Below are positions 1 through 13,650 of a DNA stretch of 64,000 nt, piece after piece. Both the position numbers and the translations under genes were made by a program. Under the pieces are notes generated by a model. That model had not been told where the DNA came from and searched no databases. It worked only from the letters and a program-made list of their open reading frames with translations. The stretch lies in contig JAUFOQ010000006.1 in the NCBI GenBank assembly GCA_040285855.1, forward strand, positions 62,001-126,000, written 5' to 3'. The DNA comes from Eukaryota sp. GEM-RC1 (lineage: Eukaryota). Numbering within the stretch: position 1 is the first letter of the stretch; each line of letters opens with the position of its first letter.

Positions 1-3000
1 ATTGCCACTTTGATTGCTGATTGCCTGCTACGACTGCAAACTCCACATGAGGAGAAGAAGTACAAATTCGGTGAACTTGTACCACCAATAAGTCATCAAG
101 TTGGTGCAGTATTGAATAAGAAATATTACCGAAACTAAATGAAAGATTTAGTTTGATCAATCCAAAGTTGAAACCGATAATCGACAATGTACCTGAAAAA
201 GCCAACGACTCTGGTTCAATTCCAGTTACTTCTGGCCTATTATAACAAAGGCGACCACCGGAAACTGTTGTATTTTCATACAGCAAAGCCAGATTGTGAC
301 AACCAAAATATGGAAATAAGTCAAAGGACATATGTGTATCACAATCAGGGGAAATCAATTCTGAAAATTGAATGGATTCTATCAAAATTTCAAAGTCAAA
401 TATAGCAAAATGTTGACCTTGAATTTCGACCCTACCTCCCAAAGGCCGAGGACTTGAGATTGAGTCAATTATAGGAGTACACACAGGAATAATGATCGAC
501 GCAAAGAAGAATTGCAATTGTCTATCAACTATTTTAATACCCAATTCAGGAAACTGATTGTTACTTAAAGAAAGAACTAGAGAACCATCATTTCTGCTCC
601 AATTCTTAATGGAACCACCACTAGACTGAAACTCAAAATCTAGAACTGATTGATTAAAGTGACTGTCAATCAGATAGAAAGTACACTCTAATGGAGCACA
701 ACACTTAAAATGATTGGGAAATTGGAAACTTACATCAATCTCATCAATAATATAGAAGATATCACGAAATTCTGTTGACCCTTCAGGTTGGGTGTATGAT
801 TGAAGAACGATAGGAAACCCTGTATCAAAAATAATATTTGACCCTTGGTTAGAAACACTTTTCGATACAATAATGGGAGCGGAAAGATACAAGAATTGAA
901 TGAAACCCCCTAAAAAAGCAGTATCAATCAGTTCTAAAGAGGTCAAATTTGAAAAAATGATTGATCCTGAATAGACAAGTAACGATTCAATCACAACGTT
1001 CTGGCAATTGGTAACGGTAATTTCTCCCCCCATGACTAACATGGTGATGATTGGCCAATGATCAAGATCTTGTTCAAAAATTATATGGCCTTGACTGACA
1101 CTGATATGGGAAATATTAAAAAGGAAGATTTAACAAAATGAAAAGACCCCTCGGATGTAAGTTGCAAACTGTCTATATCCCACGTTCCCATGACTGTGAG
1201 GGTCCTATTTGGCATGAAGAAAGAGTTGGAGTCACCACCTACAGCAGAACTAGCCGTAAAGCACACATTATCATTGAAAATCAAGGTAGAATTCAAAAGG
1301 GAAACTCTGTTAGAGAACGTAACAACTCCATTAAAAGTAATTACTGAGTTACTGAAGTTGATTGGAGAATCAAATGCACAGTCACAATAGAAATCCAGTA
1401 CCGAATCATTGATGACATGGATGATATCATTGGAATTAAAAACAACAAGACTTGTACCTGAAAGTGATTGAAATTCGAACTTCGAAGGAAACTTTACCAT
1501 TCCCTCAAAGACAAGAGTTGAAGATTGTAAGTATACAACTGACGTGTTGAATTCTAGAACACCTTTAGATATTAGAGTTCCATCGTGAAACAAGCAGTTA
1601 TCTTTAAACACACCACGGGAAACAATACTTACATTAGATTTGAAAAAACAAAGTGATGAATTTGAAAGAGTTAATAGATCTATCAAAATTCGTGAGTGAT
1701 TAACAATTAAGTTTGATGTGTCAATGTTGAAATTGGAAATGAAAATTTCAGAATCATGGAAAGTCGTTGCTGTTTCTTCCAAAGAGTTTGAGGGGGAAAT
1801 AAAAGAAGAAATGGTAAGCAAAAGACTGTTGAAGAAAAGCTGACCCGTATTAGATATGAATTGGATGTAAGAATGAGGAGAATTTGATTCTTCGAAACAA
1901 CTCAGAATTTCATGGTTTGATTGAAATATGAGGTATCCATGATTGAAAAAGGGAATATACACTTGGAAATTCTGCGTTGCTAGGTTGAATAAAACCGTGT
2001 TTCTAGTGATTAATGCAGCGTCCTCAGATGAGGATATCAAACGAAAATTATTGTAACACCAGATATTTCCAGATATCAATATGTTACACTTCGATACACA
2101 CTCGATGTCTAAATATTCGATAAAGGTATCATGCAGAGTGATAATAGAATTATGGCCAACATAGAGAGGATCATTCGATTGAACATTGATTGATTGAAGA
2201 GTAGCATTTCCGGTAACAATCCCATCAAAGACAGTCAAGTTCAATGTACAACTCACACATACAAGATGACCACCCATTAAAGTAACATCAGTGACATCAT
2301 CAGTGGTCAAATCGATTTCAACAAGACCAAAAATGTCAAAGGCACTAGGCAATGAAGCAAGCCCTGGGAATTCTTGACTGGGGAAAATGACGTGACCAGA
2401 ACCAGAAACTTCTAGAACAGTGGAAGAAAAAGAAAGCAAAGGAGACATCACGCTAAAGCAAGAGATAATAAGTCGATTAATTGCAACAATTGTAGGAGCT
2501 ATTACAACTAGTGCATCCCTAATTTCAAGAACAAAACCATTAATTTGATCACCGTTTAAGGTACATACATTGACAGAAAGTGGATGGTAAATAACAGTAA
2601 AGTGGCTATTCTCTACATATAATTGGGATAATGACAAAGGAGAATGTAAACGAACAGTTGAGTGATGTAGTACAGAAAGCCTGGCAATAGTATTGTTACC
2701 AAGAGAATTAAAGTTGAACACGTTTAGAGAAGTTTCATGTCCAGTTTCTACAATACAATTACCCAAACAAACAACATCAAAAACCGACCAACTGGGAAGA
2801 TGCAACTTAATGATGGTGTCATCTTTCAAAAACAAAGGAATGTTGTAATTAGTTGGATAAAATATGTGTCGGAGAGACTATTCCGCCTAGAGTTCCATTT
2901 GGATCTAAGACAGACAAGCTACAGCCAGTACTACATTCTATTTTCCCATAATCAAGATAAACTACCACATTGTAAGTACTAGTGAAGGGAATGATTGCAG

Positions 3001-4855
3001 TGCCTGAGACTAGCATAGGTCCGGTAAAGTAATCAATAGAGAACTGTAGATCGTTGGTAAAAGTAACAATAGATTGAGAAAGAATCTGCAGGCTCGCAGA
3101 GTACAGATAAATTAAATTGTTGAAATCAACAGTGTGATCGACAATAAATTTCTGATTAACAGATATCAGATTCGAACCAAATGTACCTCCACTCCATTTC
3201 ATCAATGGAGTTATAACAACATTCTCAGCAGTAATAGCCCCTGAAATGTGTACAATTTCATCAAGATGAAGATCAACTTCATTATTGAAAGTGACACTTG
3301 TGTAAATGAATACCTTTGCCAGCACGTCATTCCATCCTACAAAAGCAAAGAAAGTAATAATTGAGCCACCCTGATTTTGGAAAATCAATGAACAATCAGA
3401 AGTGCAATTGATACTGAAATAAGAAAGAATAGAGGTATTGACAGAGATTGTTGGCTGGATTCCCCCTAAATCAATAGCATGAGGCAGTGGGGGTTGACTC
3501 CAACTTTCTCTATAAGTGTATCCTTCTAAAATAAAGTGTCCGTTTAAATAGGATTTCAATGCGTCATAATTAATGAATGTTTGACACAACTCATGGCAAT
3601 TTAAAGTTCCTCCTCGGAGTCTAATTATTAAAGGGAAATCTGGATAATACTGAAAGTCTAATTCCCCACGAACAACTAATACGAGGTTATGAAAGTTGCA
3701 CAAGTCGTTGTCTTCACATAGAACAGAAACAGAATTTCCGATTTCTACTTCAACACCGTCGACAAAAACCAATGGTAGGTTGTAAGGAATCTGATTTTGT
3801 CTCAATAACAAAGACTCTGAAATTGTTAAAACATTAGATACAGAAAGAACACCTTCACTACCAAGTGTAAGATTGTTAACAACGGCCTGTTGATGTCCTA
3901 CTTGGAATCGTCCTTTAACAAGGTGGACTGTCTTAAGAAAAGCGATGTGATCCTGTGCGTGTAACAGTCTTAGGAATCCTGTAGTGTTGACATGGATAGT
4001 GACAACTGGCGCAGAAAGAGTATTTAAGTATAATGACAGAGAGGCGGAATCTTCTAAATAGATTAAATATCGAGGTGAGTTAGCAGGATAACTGTAAGAA
4101 ACACCCGATGTAATAAATACCTCACCTTCCCCAGAAAAATGATAAACACAATTTGTGTGAAGAGAAGAAGCAAAATTAATAGAAAATAGCGCTAAAATAA
4201 AGTGACAAAAGAAGTCCAATGACTCCAATGTAAGAATATGTGTATTTAAATTCCAACCTTTGTTCAATACCAATGATCCACCAGTGAAGTCTATGGTGAC
4301 GTCATCCTCCAGTATGATGCGAGAAGGGTTGAAAGTGGCAGATAGGGTAAGGTTGTGAAGTAATCTGACTTCGCCTTTGACAGTGATGGGAAAAGAGACG
4401 TTGAGTAAGTCATCCACAAGAAGAGTAATTGAGTTGGACTCAAGCACCGGTTGTAGAGTGAGAGACATGCTAGCCGCGTCAGAAACGAACCTGAAAGGAT
4501 CATCAGATGATGAAGGGCCAACGGTGATGAGGATATTATCTTCATTGTCATTGCGAAAGGACACAATAGATTCAGGATGACAATATACCAGAGAATTGTA
4601 CACAGTCAAAGAGGGTGTAGTTATAACTACATCAGGAGACGCGATGATGACGTGACGAAATTGGGGTACACAAGAACCAATGTGAAGACAAAGAGACAGA
4701 ACGGATGTAGTTTCGGGAATAAACAATGTATCAGTAGAGCTATCGTGACAATATTCATCATTACATAAAGAGGAACAACTCATATCGGCAACAACAACTT
4801 GGTTGACAAGAAGCACAAAAACAATTGAAGCAATCACTGACAATTGAGACACCAT
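1..4855 (-). CDS. Very large secreted/surface protein (signal peptide, long beta-strand-rich region, probable IPT/TIG-like segment); runs off the left window edge
   Basis: ORFs 2849-4855 and 1081-2835 are adjacent, same-strand and similar in composition. N-terminus MVSQLSVIASIVFVLLVNQVVVA is hydrophobic. Coding-like sequence continues below 1081 after shifts at homopolymers, e.g. PIIDSISSPRPLGGRVEIQGQHF near 410-480. Confidence 0.6.
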
Positions 4856-5205
4856 ATGAGGATTCTAAAAGGAGAAGTTGTGATGAGTGGATTGAGAGAT
4901 CGTTATGAGTGTTCTCAATGTCAAACATTTGATCTTCTGACCAACTTCAATCATTTGAGACACCACCATTGACTCCTTCGTTGTGGATCTCATGAAGCTC
5001 TTTGTCTAGACATTGAATATTCGTCAGTGCAAAGTTGTTCGTAAGTATGTATGTTTCAATGCCAATGCTGTTATGAAAACATTCAATGTTGCTCCTTGCA
5101 ATGCTACACAAGTAGAATATACTGCGGTCTTTGTTAATGTTGTATATAGCCAGGTTACAGAAAAAAGATATCGTATCATATTGATTGTTGCAAAACTGTA
5201 TTAAG

Positions 5206-5264
5206 CATAGTACGGAAAACACCGGGCGTGTTTGATGGAAGAACACGTGTTTTTCCGTACTATG
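5206..5264. mobile_element. 59-bp miniature hAT-type TIR element
   Basis: TIR CATAGTACGGAAAA / TTTTCCGTACTATG. Identical 8-bp flanks GTATTAAG at 5198-5205 and 5265-5272. Confidence 0.8.
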
Positions 5265-5674
5265 GTATTAAGTAAAGTGATTGTGTCTGGCTCTGATTCA
5301 TCAACTATCAAAAGAATCGCACTGTTTCTAAATAAGTCCAATTCTAAATTTAGCCTTGGTACAAAATGCAATCAGTAGAATTTGGAAACTTGTCGATAGA
5401 TCAAAAATGCACATGTTTCTTAGAATATTTTTCGTCTTCTTAATGAGATTAGCTGACAGTATACGTATGGGGATAGGAAGAATATTTATGGTGATAGATC
5501 AATACAGATACACCAGATATGGGATTCTCGACAGAGTTCCGAAGCAAGTTAAACCATAGTTCCTAAACAGAATAGAAATAAGTTGATGTATACAAAGAGT
5601 AAATAACAAAACATACAATCGATGATCTAAACAAAAACAAACAATTTAAAACATCAACAATAATTTACAAAAAA

Positions 5675-8271
5675 TCAAGAACTCTGTTGTTTTGCATTAC
5701 AATGAAAGTGACTCACAGTATTATTCGGAAGATAAGCTATGGCTGAAGTACCTACTCTCTTATTACAAATTGAACAAGTAGTGTTTAGATCAACACAAAT
5801 AGACTTCTTCTGAGTTTGAACAAGATGAGACATAATCTTCAAAGAATTTAAATGTACTAAATTACGTTGAACAGACAAGTCTCTGCTTTTAGACGCTAGA
5901 TGATCTAAAACCGAGACCAAAAAGGGAGAAACGTTTTTCAAGGAAGAGTTTTGATCAATAATTTCAAGTGCTTCCAGTGGATCAACAAATCCACTCCACT
6001 TTTTGAGAATTGACATCGCAAAATTTTCATTACTTTTTAATTTTTCGTATTTTGCTGGGGGATATATAAGCACTGAAAACAGCATTAGAAAAATGTTTTC
6101 CGATGATCTATCGTAAACTTGCTTACAATAGTCTTCAGCGATCTGAATATTTGACAATTTGTAGATATATATTGCCAGAACTTCTTCATGATTTCCAAAC
6201 TTTGCGTATAAAAGCGCTTTTTCTTCATACAGTGGACAATCTTTGGGGAAAATCGTTGATAAAATATACTCTGCTTGATAAAATTTCGAAAACATCAAGA
6301 AATTTAAAAATCTGTTTCGCAAATGACCCAAGTCTCCACCTTCAGTTCCAGCAGGTAGTCTACTGGAATTAGGTAAATAAAACTGAGAACTTTCAATTAA
6401 ATGAGATAGTTCGTGAATAAATTCCTTACACAGCGCATTATGAACAGAAACTTCAGTTACTTTAAAATCATAAACCAAGTGTTCATAGAATGGAATCAAA
6501 TTTGATTTGCAATGATGTTCGAGGAAAGGGACAATTATAGAAACAGGAATCAAATTTGATTGATCCATTCGATTAAAGACTCTAAGGGCTAATTGAGGGT
6601 GATCTGGAAGTAGTTTCTTAGTAAAAAATAGTACAAGTTCAGCATCTTTGTTTCCTAATTCAGAAAGATAATCAACAATATTAGAAAAGGAAATAACGAC
6701 GTCATCATTTTGAGCTAATGAGAAGAGTAACTCAAGTGCTCGGCGATGTTGTTCCCGAACTTTCAATAAAAAGATTAATTCACTGTACAAATGTTTACTT
6801 TTTAGAACTTTGGAAGATTCAGAAAGGGAACAGTAAGTCTGATCGGTCTGTAGAAATTTTAAAATTTTGGAGTGATCAATCACAGCATAAATCTTGACTA
6901 AAGCGGTATCAATCAATTCCAAAAGAGAAGTCAAACGAATTCTTTCAGATTCAGACAAATTCAATTTCAATTCATTCACATACATCTCTCGCATTGGAAT
7001 TAAATATTGTTCCAAATAATTATAAGACTCGGAAATGTGAGAATCTGAAACAACTGGAACCTCTTCATTACTACCTTGAGTTTTAGCAGGAATTAGATCT
7101 GGGAAAAAGACAAAACCTTTGTAACCTCGGCTAGACCCTTAACCAAATAAGTAAAACATTTTGAAAACTCACTATTTTTAAATAATTCAAATCCGTAATC
7201 ACGACACACAGACAAGTAGAGCTCATCTGAATTCTCCTGCTTCTCGGCTTTCATCAACTCTACTACTTCCAATGCTTTTTCATACTCCTTAACTGACAAC
7301 TGTTGCTCAACTAACTTAGACCAACTTAGCGGTGTTACCTTAAAAACACCTCCCCCAGACACACAGAACAGTTCGTCTAAAGGCGAGTATTCCGAGTCTC
7401 TTACTTCAGTAATAGCATTACAGGAAAACCCAGTTTTAGAAACTCCCAGAAGAGAGAAAGAGTTGGCCAAACGTAACTCAACTGCTTTACCATCATCGAA
7501 GAAGGTTAACACAAACTTTCCTATTCTGTTTACGGAAAGAGGTACAAACGACCATGATGGGCACTGATCACGTGCTCTAGTGAACCTTCCCATTGAATCA
7601 ACAGCAGCGGCTATATAACCCTCCCCCTGACGACCGTAGCAATAACATTTCATTAGGAGATAAAGGGAGAACATAGGGATTGGAGGTACGAGAAGGGGAG
7701 AATACAGTGCAGACAATTCTACCAGAAGCAGTGTCGATAAAGGAGTATTGTTCCTTCTTTAGGCAGCCAATCAAAAGTCCAAAACACCACGTCATTGAGT
7801 GAACTGGTTCAGCAATGGAGATATCGAAAAGTTGGTGTAGAGAACCCGTTTGGTCAACTATTCGTTGAACAACTATTCTTTTCTATGACAAGTAGCAAGG
7901 AGGTGATGACTATGATGTTGTTCATAGGAAAAGCAGTAGACAGACTCCTTAAATGGAGGTAGGGCGTTAAAGAAAGCAGAAGGGTAGCGGGATGGGTTGA
8001 TCTTGTCAATGTAGACAGTAGAATTGGTGAGGATGATGCATAAACCGAAGGAATTTGCAACAGCTAATTGAGTGATGTCCTTCTTGCTCACACGACCAGT
8101 TGCAACAAGATGAGGTCTTCCAAAAGAACGGACATCTGGATGATAATGTATTATAGTTCCATCAACAGTACCAAGCAGTAAGTTGGTTTCATCGTCTTTC
8201 CAAGAAGTTAAAGCAGTAATAGTGACATTTAAGGAGTCTAGGACCTTGGAGACCTCAATATGAGAGGACAT
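5675..8271 (-). CDS. VPS39: Vps39/TGFBRAP1-like HOPS/CORVET subunit (CNH beta-propeller, CHCR repeat, C-terminal zinc finger), split by frameshifts
   Basis: Pieces 7873-8271, 7598-7795, 7093-7716 and 5675-7015. N-terminal LLLGTVDGTII and KKDITQL. C-terminal LYEEKALLYAKFGNHEEVL and CSICNKRVGTSAIAYLPNNTVSHFHC. Confidence 0.85.
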
Positions 8272-8316
8272 TGAACGATTGCAATTTTCTTCCTTCAACT
8301 TGAACATTAACTACTT

Positions 8317-10532
8317 ATGGAATCTGCTCAATCTGATCCAAACTTCGAACATGACAAACGTATTTAACTACGTGTATTTCTCATACTAGAACTACTTCGC
8401 TCCTTTCTAACTGAAAGACACGAAATGATAAATGGTGTTGCACACTACAATTACATTGATCTTCTTCAAAAAATCTCCAACCGACAAGAGTCTAATCTGC
8501 ACATCCCTTTAGATGATCTCTCTAATGTATCTTTACCTTCTCAAGACTCTAATCCCAGCACATTCCCGAAAATGACCGACCTCTTATGGACAGAATAGTC
8601 CAAAACACCTATTCTTACATCCGACTCTTACACCAAGTTGTTGATGAACTTCTCCCCGAACCCAATGAACTCCCCCACAACTTCTATCATGACATTCCCT
8701 CTCAAGCCCGTAAGAACTACTCCATCTACGTCCTTCCCTTCGCCAAAGCTCTTGACAACCTCTCATCCAACAAAGAAGCAAACTCCCTCATCTCAACCCT
8801 TCGCTCCGTCCGCTCCTCTCACATTGGATCTCTCATCACTTTCAAGGGAATCGTTGTCAGAATGTCTGATATCCGTCCACTGCTGTCTGTAGCAACCTAC
8901 AGATGCCAGCAGTGCAAAGAAATGACTACTCAAACAATCAATGGACAGTCGTTTATCCCTGAAGATAAGTGTGCTTCAGAGTCGTGCAGAAGAGCTGTCT
9001 CTAGAGGAAAGCTGGAACTTCTACCTGCACTTTCAAATTTCATAAAAATTCAAGAAATCAGAGTTCAAGAGAATTCATCTGAAGTTCCTGTTGGTTCTGT
9101 CCCTAGAACTGTCACTGTGTTAGCAAGAGGTGAAGGTGTTGTCAGGAAGTGTGTTGCTGGGGATGAGATTGTAGTCACTGGTATATTCCTGCCTGTTCCT
9201 CAATCACATGAGGCAAGAAGGTCAAATTTCTCACGTCAACGATTGGGGCTCAGTGCAGATACTTATTTCGAGGCACAACAGATCATTCCTCAAAAAAGTT
9301 ATTTGAGCAATGTTAACACTGAACGAGTTTCAACTTTCCTTGACAGTATTAATGTTGTTGATGAAGATTTCTACAACATGCTTGCTGACCACATCGCCCC
9401 TGAGATTTATGGTCATTTGGATGTTAAAAAGGCTTTGCTCCTGCAGTTAGTTGGAGGTGTTGGACGAATCCTTGACGACGGAGTACGTCTTCGTGGTGAT
9501 TTGAACATTCTACTAGTAGGAGATCCTGGAGTTGCTAAATCCCAGCTTCTCAAAAGAGTCACTACCATTAGTCATCGATCAATCTACACCACTGGTAGAG
9601 GTTCCAGTGGAGTTGGTCTAACCGCCAATGTCCAGATAGATCCACTAACTAAAGAGGCTACTCTAGATGGAGGAGCCTTGGTTCTGGCTGATATGGGAGT
9701 TTGTTGTATTGATGAGTTTGATAAGATGGATGACATTGACAGAACTTCCTTGTATGAAACTATGGAACAGCAGACTGTTTCTATCGCTAAGGGTGGTATT
9801 ACTACTACTTTAAATGCTAGAACTGCTGTGCTGGCAGCTGCTAATCCAATCAATTCTAGGTATGACACGTCACTGACCCCTGCTCAGAATATCAATTTGG
9901 CAGCTGCTCTTTTAACCAGATTTGATCTTGTTTTTGTTCTTCTAGATAAGGCTGATCCTGAATTAGACAGGCAATTAGCTAACCACGTGGCTAAAGTACA
10001 CAGAGGAGAGGTAGAATCATTTGGAAATATTCCATTAGAAGTTCTGCGTGGTTATATCAAACACGCCAAGACTTTTGAACCCACTGTTCCCTCCTCTTTA
10101 ACCTCTGATATTGTTGCTCGTTATGTTTCTCTTAGATCTGATGAGGATGAAGCTGTTACATTAGGCGGGGTGGGATACGTGTCACCAAGATCGTTGATGA
10201 CGATTCTTAGATTAGCTCAGGCTATTGCTAGAATTAAGTTGAAGAGAGTTGTTGATATTTCTGATGTTAATGAAGCTCTTAGATTGATGCAGTCTGCTGA
10301 TAGATCTTTGAGATCTGATGGTGGTGGAAGACGACAAACTGATGTTAATTCTGCTATTTTTGATTTGATTCGTATCGCTGCTGAAGAAAATGATTTTGTT
10401 GCATTTTCTAATGTTGTTTCTCTTGGAATTGCTCGTGGTTATACTGAAGAACAAGTATCGAGCACGATCTCATTGTATGAAACTTATCATGCTTTAAGAT
10501 TAGATGATGATGGAGTTATTCACTTAAATTAA
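8317..10532 (+). CDS. MCM7: DNA replication licensing factor MCM7, with two introns (8360-8389, 8527-8558)
   Basis: GDPGVAKSQLLK Walker A, YTTGRGSSGVGLTA, CCIDEFDKM, LLTRFDL arginine finger and a C4 zinc site. Removing two 30-32 nt GT-AG introns joins ATG 8317 in frame to ORF 8586. Confidence 0.95.
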
Positions 10533-10634
10533 AATTTGTATCATATTTTATAGTTGTTTTTCCCGGTTTTAAAGTTTTATTTATTGGCATCTGAAGTAAA
10601 GATAAATAACATTTCATGTGATAGTGACATATCA

Positions 10635-11415
10635 TTAAGCAACCAATGAAGTTCCATATACAATCAGTTCATAGTGTAAATAAGCTCCAAGAACAACAAA
10701 GACATGAAAAAGTTCATGTGACATGAAGAATCCTTCAATGCATCGAAACTGTTTCTCAAAGACTCCATCTATAATTCCTCCCAGGGAATAGGAAATTCCT
10801 CCTCCAGCAAGCAGCAGAGAAGCTGTCACATCACGATAAGTGACCCAGATCATCACAAAAGACACAACACCTATCCAGCCCATGCCTAAAGTAAGAAGAA
10901 GTATAAAGCGACATACCAATGTACAACCATAGACCTACACGGTCAGAGATTTTCTTGAAGAATACAGTCTTGAGAACTATTCCTGTGATACCTATAGTCC
11001 AAAGGACGATTATAGGAACCCAGCGGGCATAGGAGGTAAATACCACACCATGGACACCAGTGAAGGTGCCTGCAATCTGACAGAAGATGGCAGAATGATC
11101 TAAACGTCTCATTACTAGTCTACCCATACTATATGGAGATAAGATGTGATATACACCAGACATTAGCAAGCAGAAGAATAGAGAGAAGCTGTAAAGTACA
11201 ATACACAGAACGGTCTGCCAGTCAACAACAATACGTAAGTACAGTCTAATTAGAAGGGGGATGAATGCTATAGCAGCTAAGAAATGCATCCAAGAACTAA
11301 CTGGTTCAGCAAAGCCCCATATACGTTTAGTGTGATAAGATTTGTTAGAAGGAGGAGCGTTGATTCTATGTTTATCTGATCCCAGATCGCTTTTGTGGTC
11401 ATTATTGGTGGACAT
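10635..11415 (-). CDS. Hemolysin III / PAQR family membrane protein, intron 10886-10916
   Basis: EPVSSWMH, SGVYH, RRLDHSAIF..IAGTFT, SHELFHVFV..GAYLH. A 31-nt GTATGT..TTTAG intron joins the two ORFs (LYIG/MGW). Confidence 0.9.
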
Positions 11416-11805
11416 CGTTGCAAAGAAGAGCAATTGAGATCCAATTCGATTGCATTGACTAACAACACTTGGAACACACATTACTTATATCGACCAATTA
11501 CCAGAATTTTACCAGAAGACTAGAAGTAGGTCATGTACACTACTGTTAAACTATGGATTAAGATCAAGATCGCAAAATTGTTAACACAAATGCCTGTATT
11601 TTGTTTTTCTGGGTACTGTACATGAACTTCTGGTTATTATAGACTTACGTGGAGTAGTGAGGGAACAACAAATCACTTTTTCATATCCATTGATAGATGC
11701 TAAACACAAGCATCTGTCTACTCATTTTCGAGGTTCTCTATTTCTGTTTACAGTATTAGTATAAGACGTGAATCCTTTGTGTCGACATCAATTATACAAT
11801 CTATC

Positions 11806-12251
11806 ATGTCCATTCGTCCTTTCTTTGACCCATTGTTAGATCTCGGAGCATCAACACCAAGAATCACATCTCGATTCTCCACAGACATCCATGAAACAGA
11901 TAACGAGTGGGAGTTGGAGGTTTGTTTTCTTAGAGATAACTAATCTTTAGATGGAAGCACCCGGATTTCGCAAAGAAGAATTGAACATCGAAATTGATGG
12001 TCATGACTTGGTGATTTCAGGTCAACATGTTCGAGAGGAAGAACGTCCTGGCAGAAGAACCGTCTTCCGTGAGAGAGAAGAGAAGAAAGTGGCACGCAGA
12101 TTCACATTGCCGACAAATGCAGGTATGCTCTCCAATTGAAAACTAACATCTAGACCCCTCCAAGATCCGTTGCAAGATGGAGAACGGACTTCTGAAGGTC
12201 AAAGTCCCAAAAGCTGAATCTGGAGGTTCTCGCAAGCGTCTTCAAAAATAG
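11806..12251 (+). CDS. Small heat-shock protein (Hsp20/alpha-crystallin), introns 11920-11950 and 12123-12153
   Basis: Spliced product reads ...TDIHETDNEWELE-MEAPGFRKEELNIEI...RRFTLPTNA-DPSKIRCKMENGLLKVKVPK. Confidence 0.92.
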
Positions 12252-12510
12252 TTATAAATAATAACTTAATTGAATAGTTATAAATTGAATAGTAAATTGA
12301 GTCTATAAAAATCTGTCTTGGTTTTGTACCGAATACATTCAGTTTGGTTTAAGCCACACTGTTATCATCCCCTTGTTGAGTTGATTTTGGGATAACTCCA
12401 AGTTTACTGACATTTGTTATAATTGTACTGCAGAAAGTGTGTTTATATTGTAGAGTCATCAATTCCGCATCACATACGGAACATAAACACCAGCCTCTTC
12501 ACTCAATATA

Positions 12511-13316
12511 ATGGCCGAAGAAATTTGGCGACTATGTATGTTGCCCGAAATACTTATACTAGTGTATGTGTGGAAAATGTTCACTTGGTTATGGTCCATA
12601 TTTTGCAGAAGTTGTGGGAAGATGTCATCAGATACAATTCTTAGATATATTCAATATATCATCACCAAGGAAGTTCTGCAATACCTATTACAACTTCCTC
12701 CTCATGATATGGACGACATTGAATCAAATCAATTGAGAAAATGCAGCTGCACGCAGGTTAGGAGTTGAATATTTCACCTCGCTTCCTTTTCCTCAACCAT
12801 TTTCTTTCTTCCTCAGAGCGACTTTACTCTATCAGGATTATTTCTATAGGTAATACGTTCATTTGTCTTTTCAAACTAAGACAACACCATGGCCAATGAT
12901 GAAGATTCGTGCCATGTTTCAGATGTTTTGACCTTGTTCTCGAGATTCATTCTTGAGTTCTGGAAGATTTCTTTACTGTTTCATGTCGGCTGAATTGGTT
13001 CCTATCTCAACAATTGTTCGTTATGTGCGCAAATATGTAACCCTCCATGCTGGTAGTTCTCATTTTCTTTGTGAAACAGGTTCGAATCAGAGGAGTTACC
13101 CGTCATTTCTTATATGCTTCTCTTCCATCTATATGTGTCAGATGTAGAAGTAGTTCTTATTCTTGTGCACACTACTCACTGTTTTGTCTTGGTAGTATCC
13201 TTCGTGGATCAGCCTTTGTGAGACTACTTAATGTACTTCTTCTTGATTGTCACAAATACTGTTTTGGTTTAACTTTCAGTAGCATTGTCAGGTGTCGTAG
13301 ACTTGTTATTCAATAA
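12511..13316 (+). pseudogene. Possible decayed RING-CH/MARCH-like membrane protein gene
   Basis: Fragments in shifting frames (MAEEIWRLCML..., VCVENVHLVMVHILQKLWED) loosely follow RINGv spacing and are followed by hydrophobic fragments. Many stops. Confidence 0.2.
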
Positions 13317-13650
13317 ATGGTTCGGTATTTCTACGTGTTTAATTTATTTGTTTAAAGGTTCAAGCTGTTCTGTAAAGACCACAGGTTTCTTGTTAGCGGT
13401 ATACAGCATTATTGGCTACGTCCTTTAATCTAGATAGTTTTTGTTAGTATACAGTACTGTGTTTCGCTTTTTTTACATCAGTTAAACGAAATTTGGACAT
13501 GTAAGTCATATCGTTTTGAGAGCTGGTAAGGGAACTGACCTCTGTAACAATCTTTGGTAAGATACTGCTACTACTAAAACAGTAGTAATGAAGTTGTAGT
13601 TGACAATGTCAACTTGACATTCTAGTTGGTCAATTTTCAATTTCTTGTCC

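Noticed and set aside
9584..10454. Antisense ORFs within MCM7, and similar short shadow ORFs across the window
   Set aside because: They overlap well-supported genes on the other strand or frame and show no motifs.
11498..11520. Recurrent TACCAGAA/TTCTGGTA motif in intergenic regions (also ~20230, ~28108) as a promoter element
   Set aside because: Few instances in AT-rich DNA. Enrichment cannot be judged without a genome-wide count.
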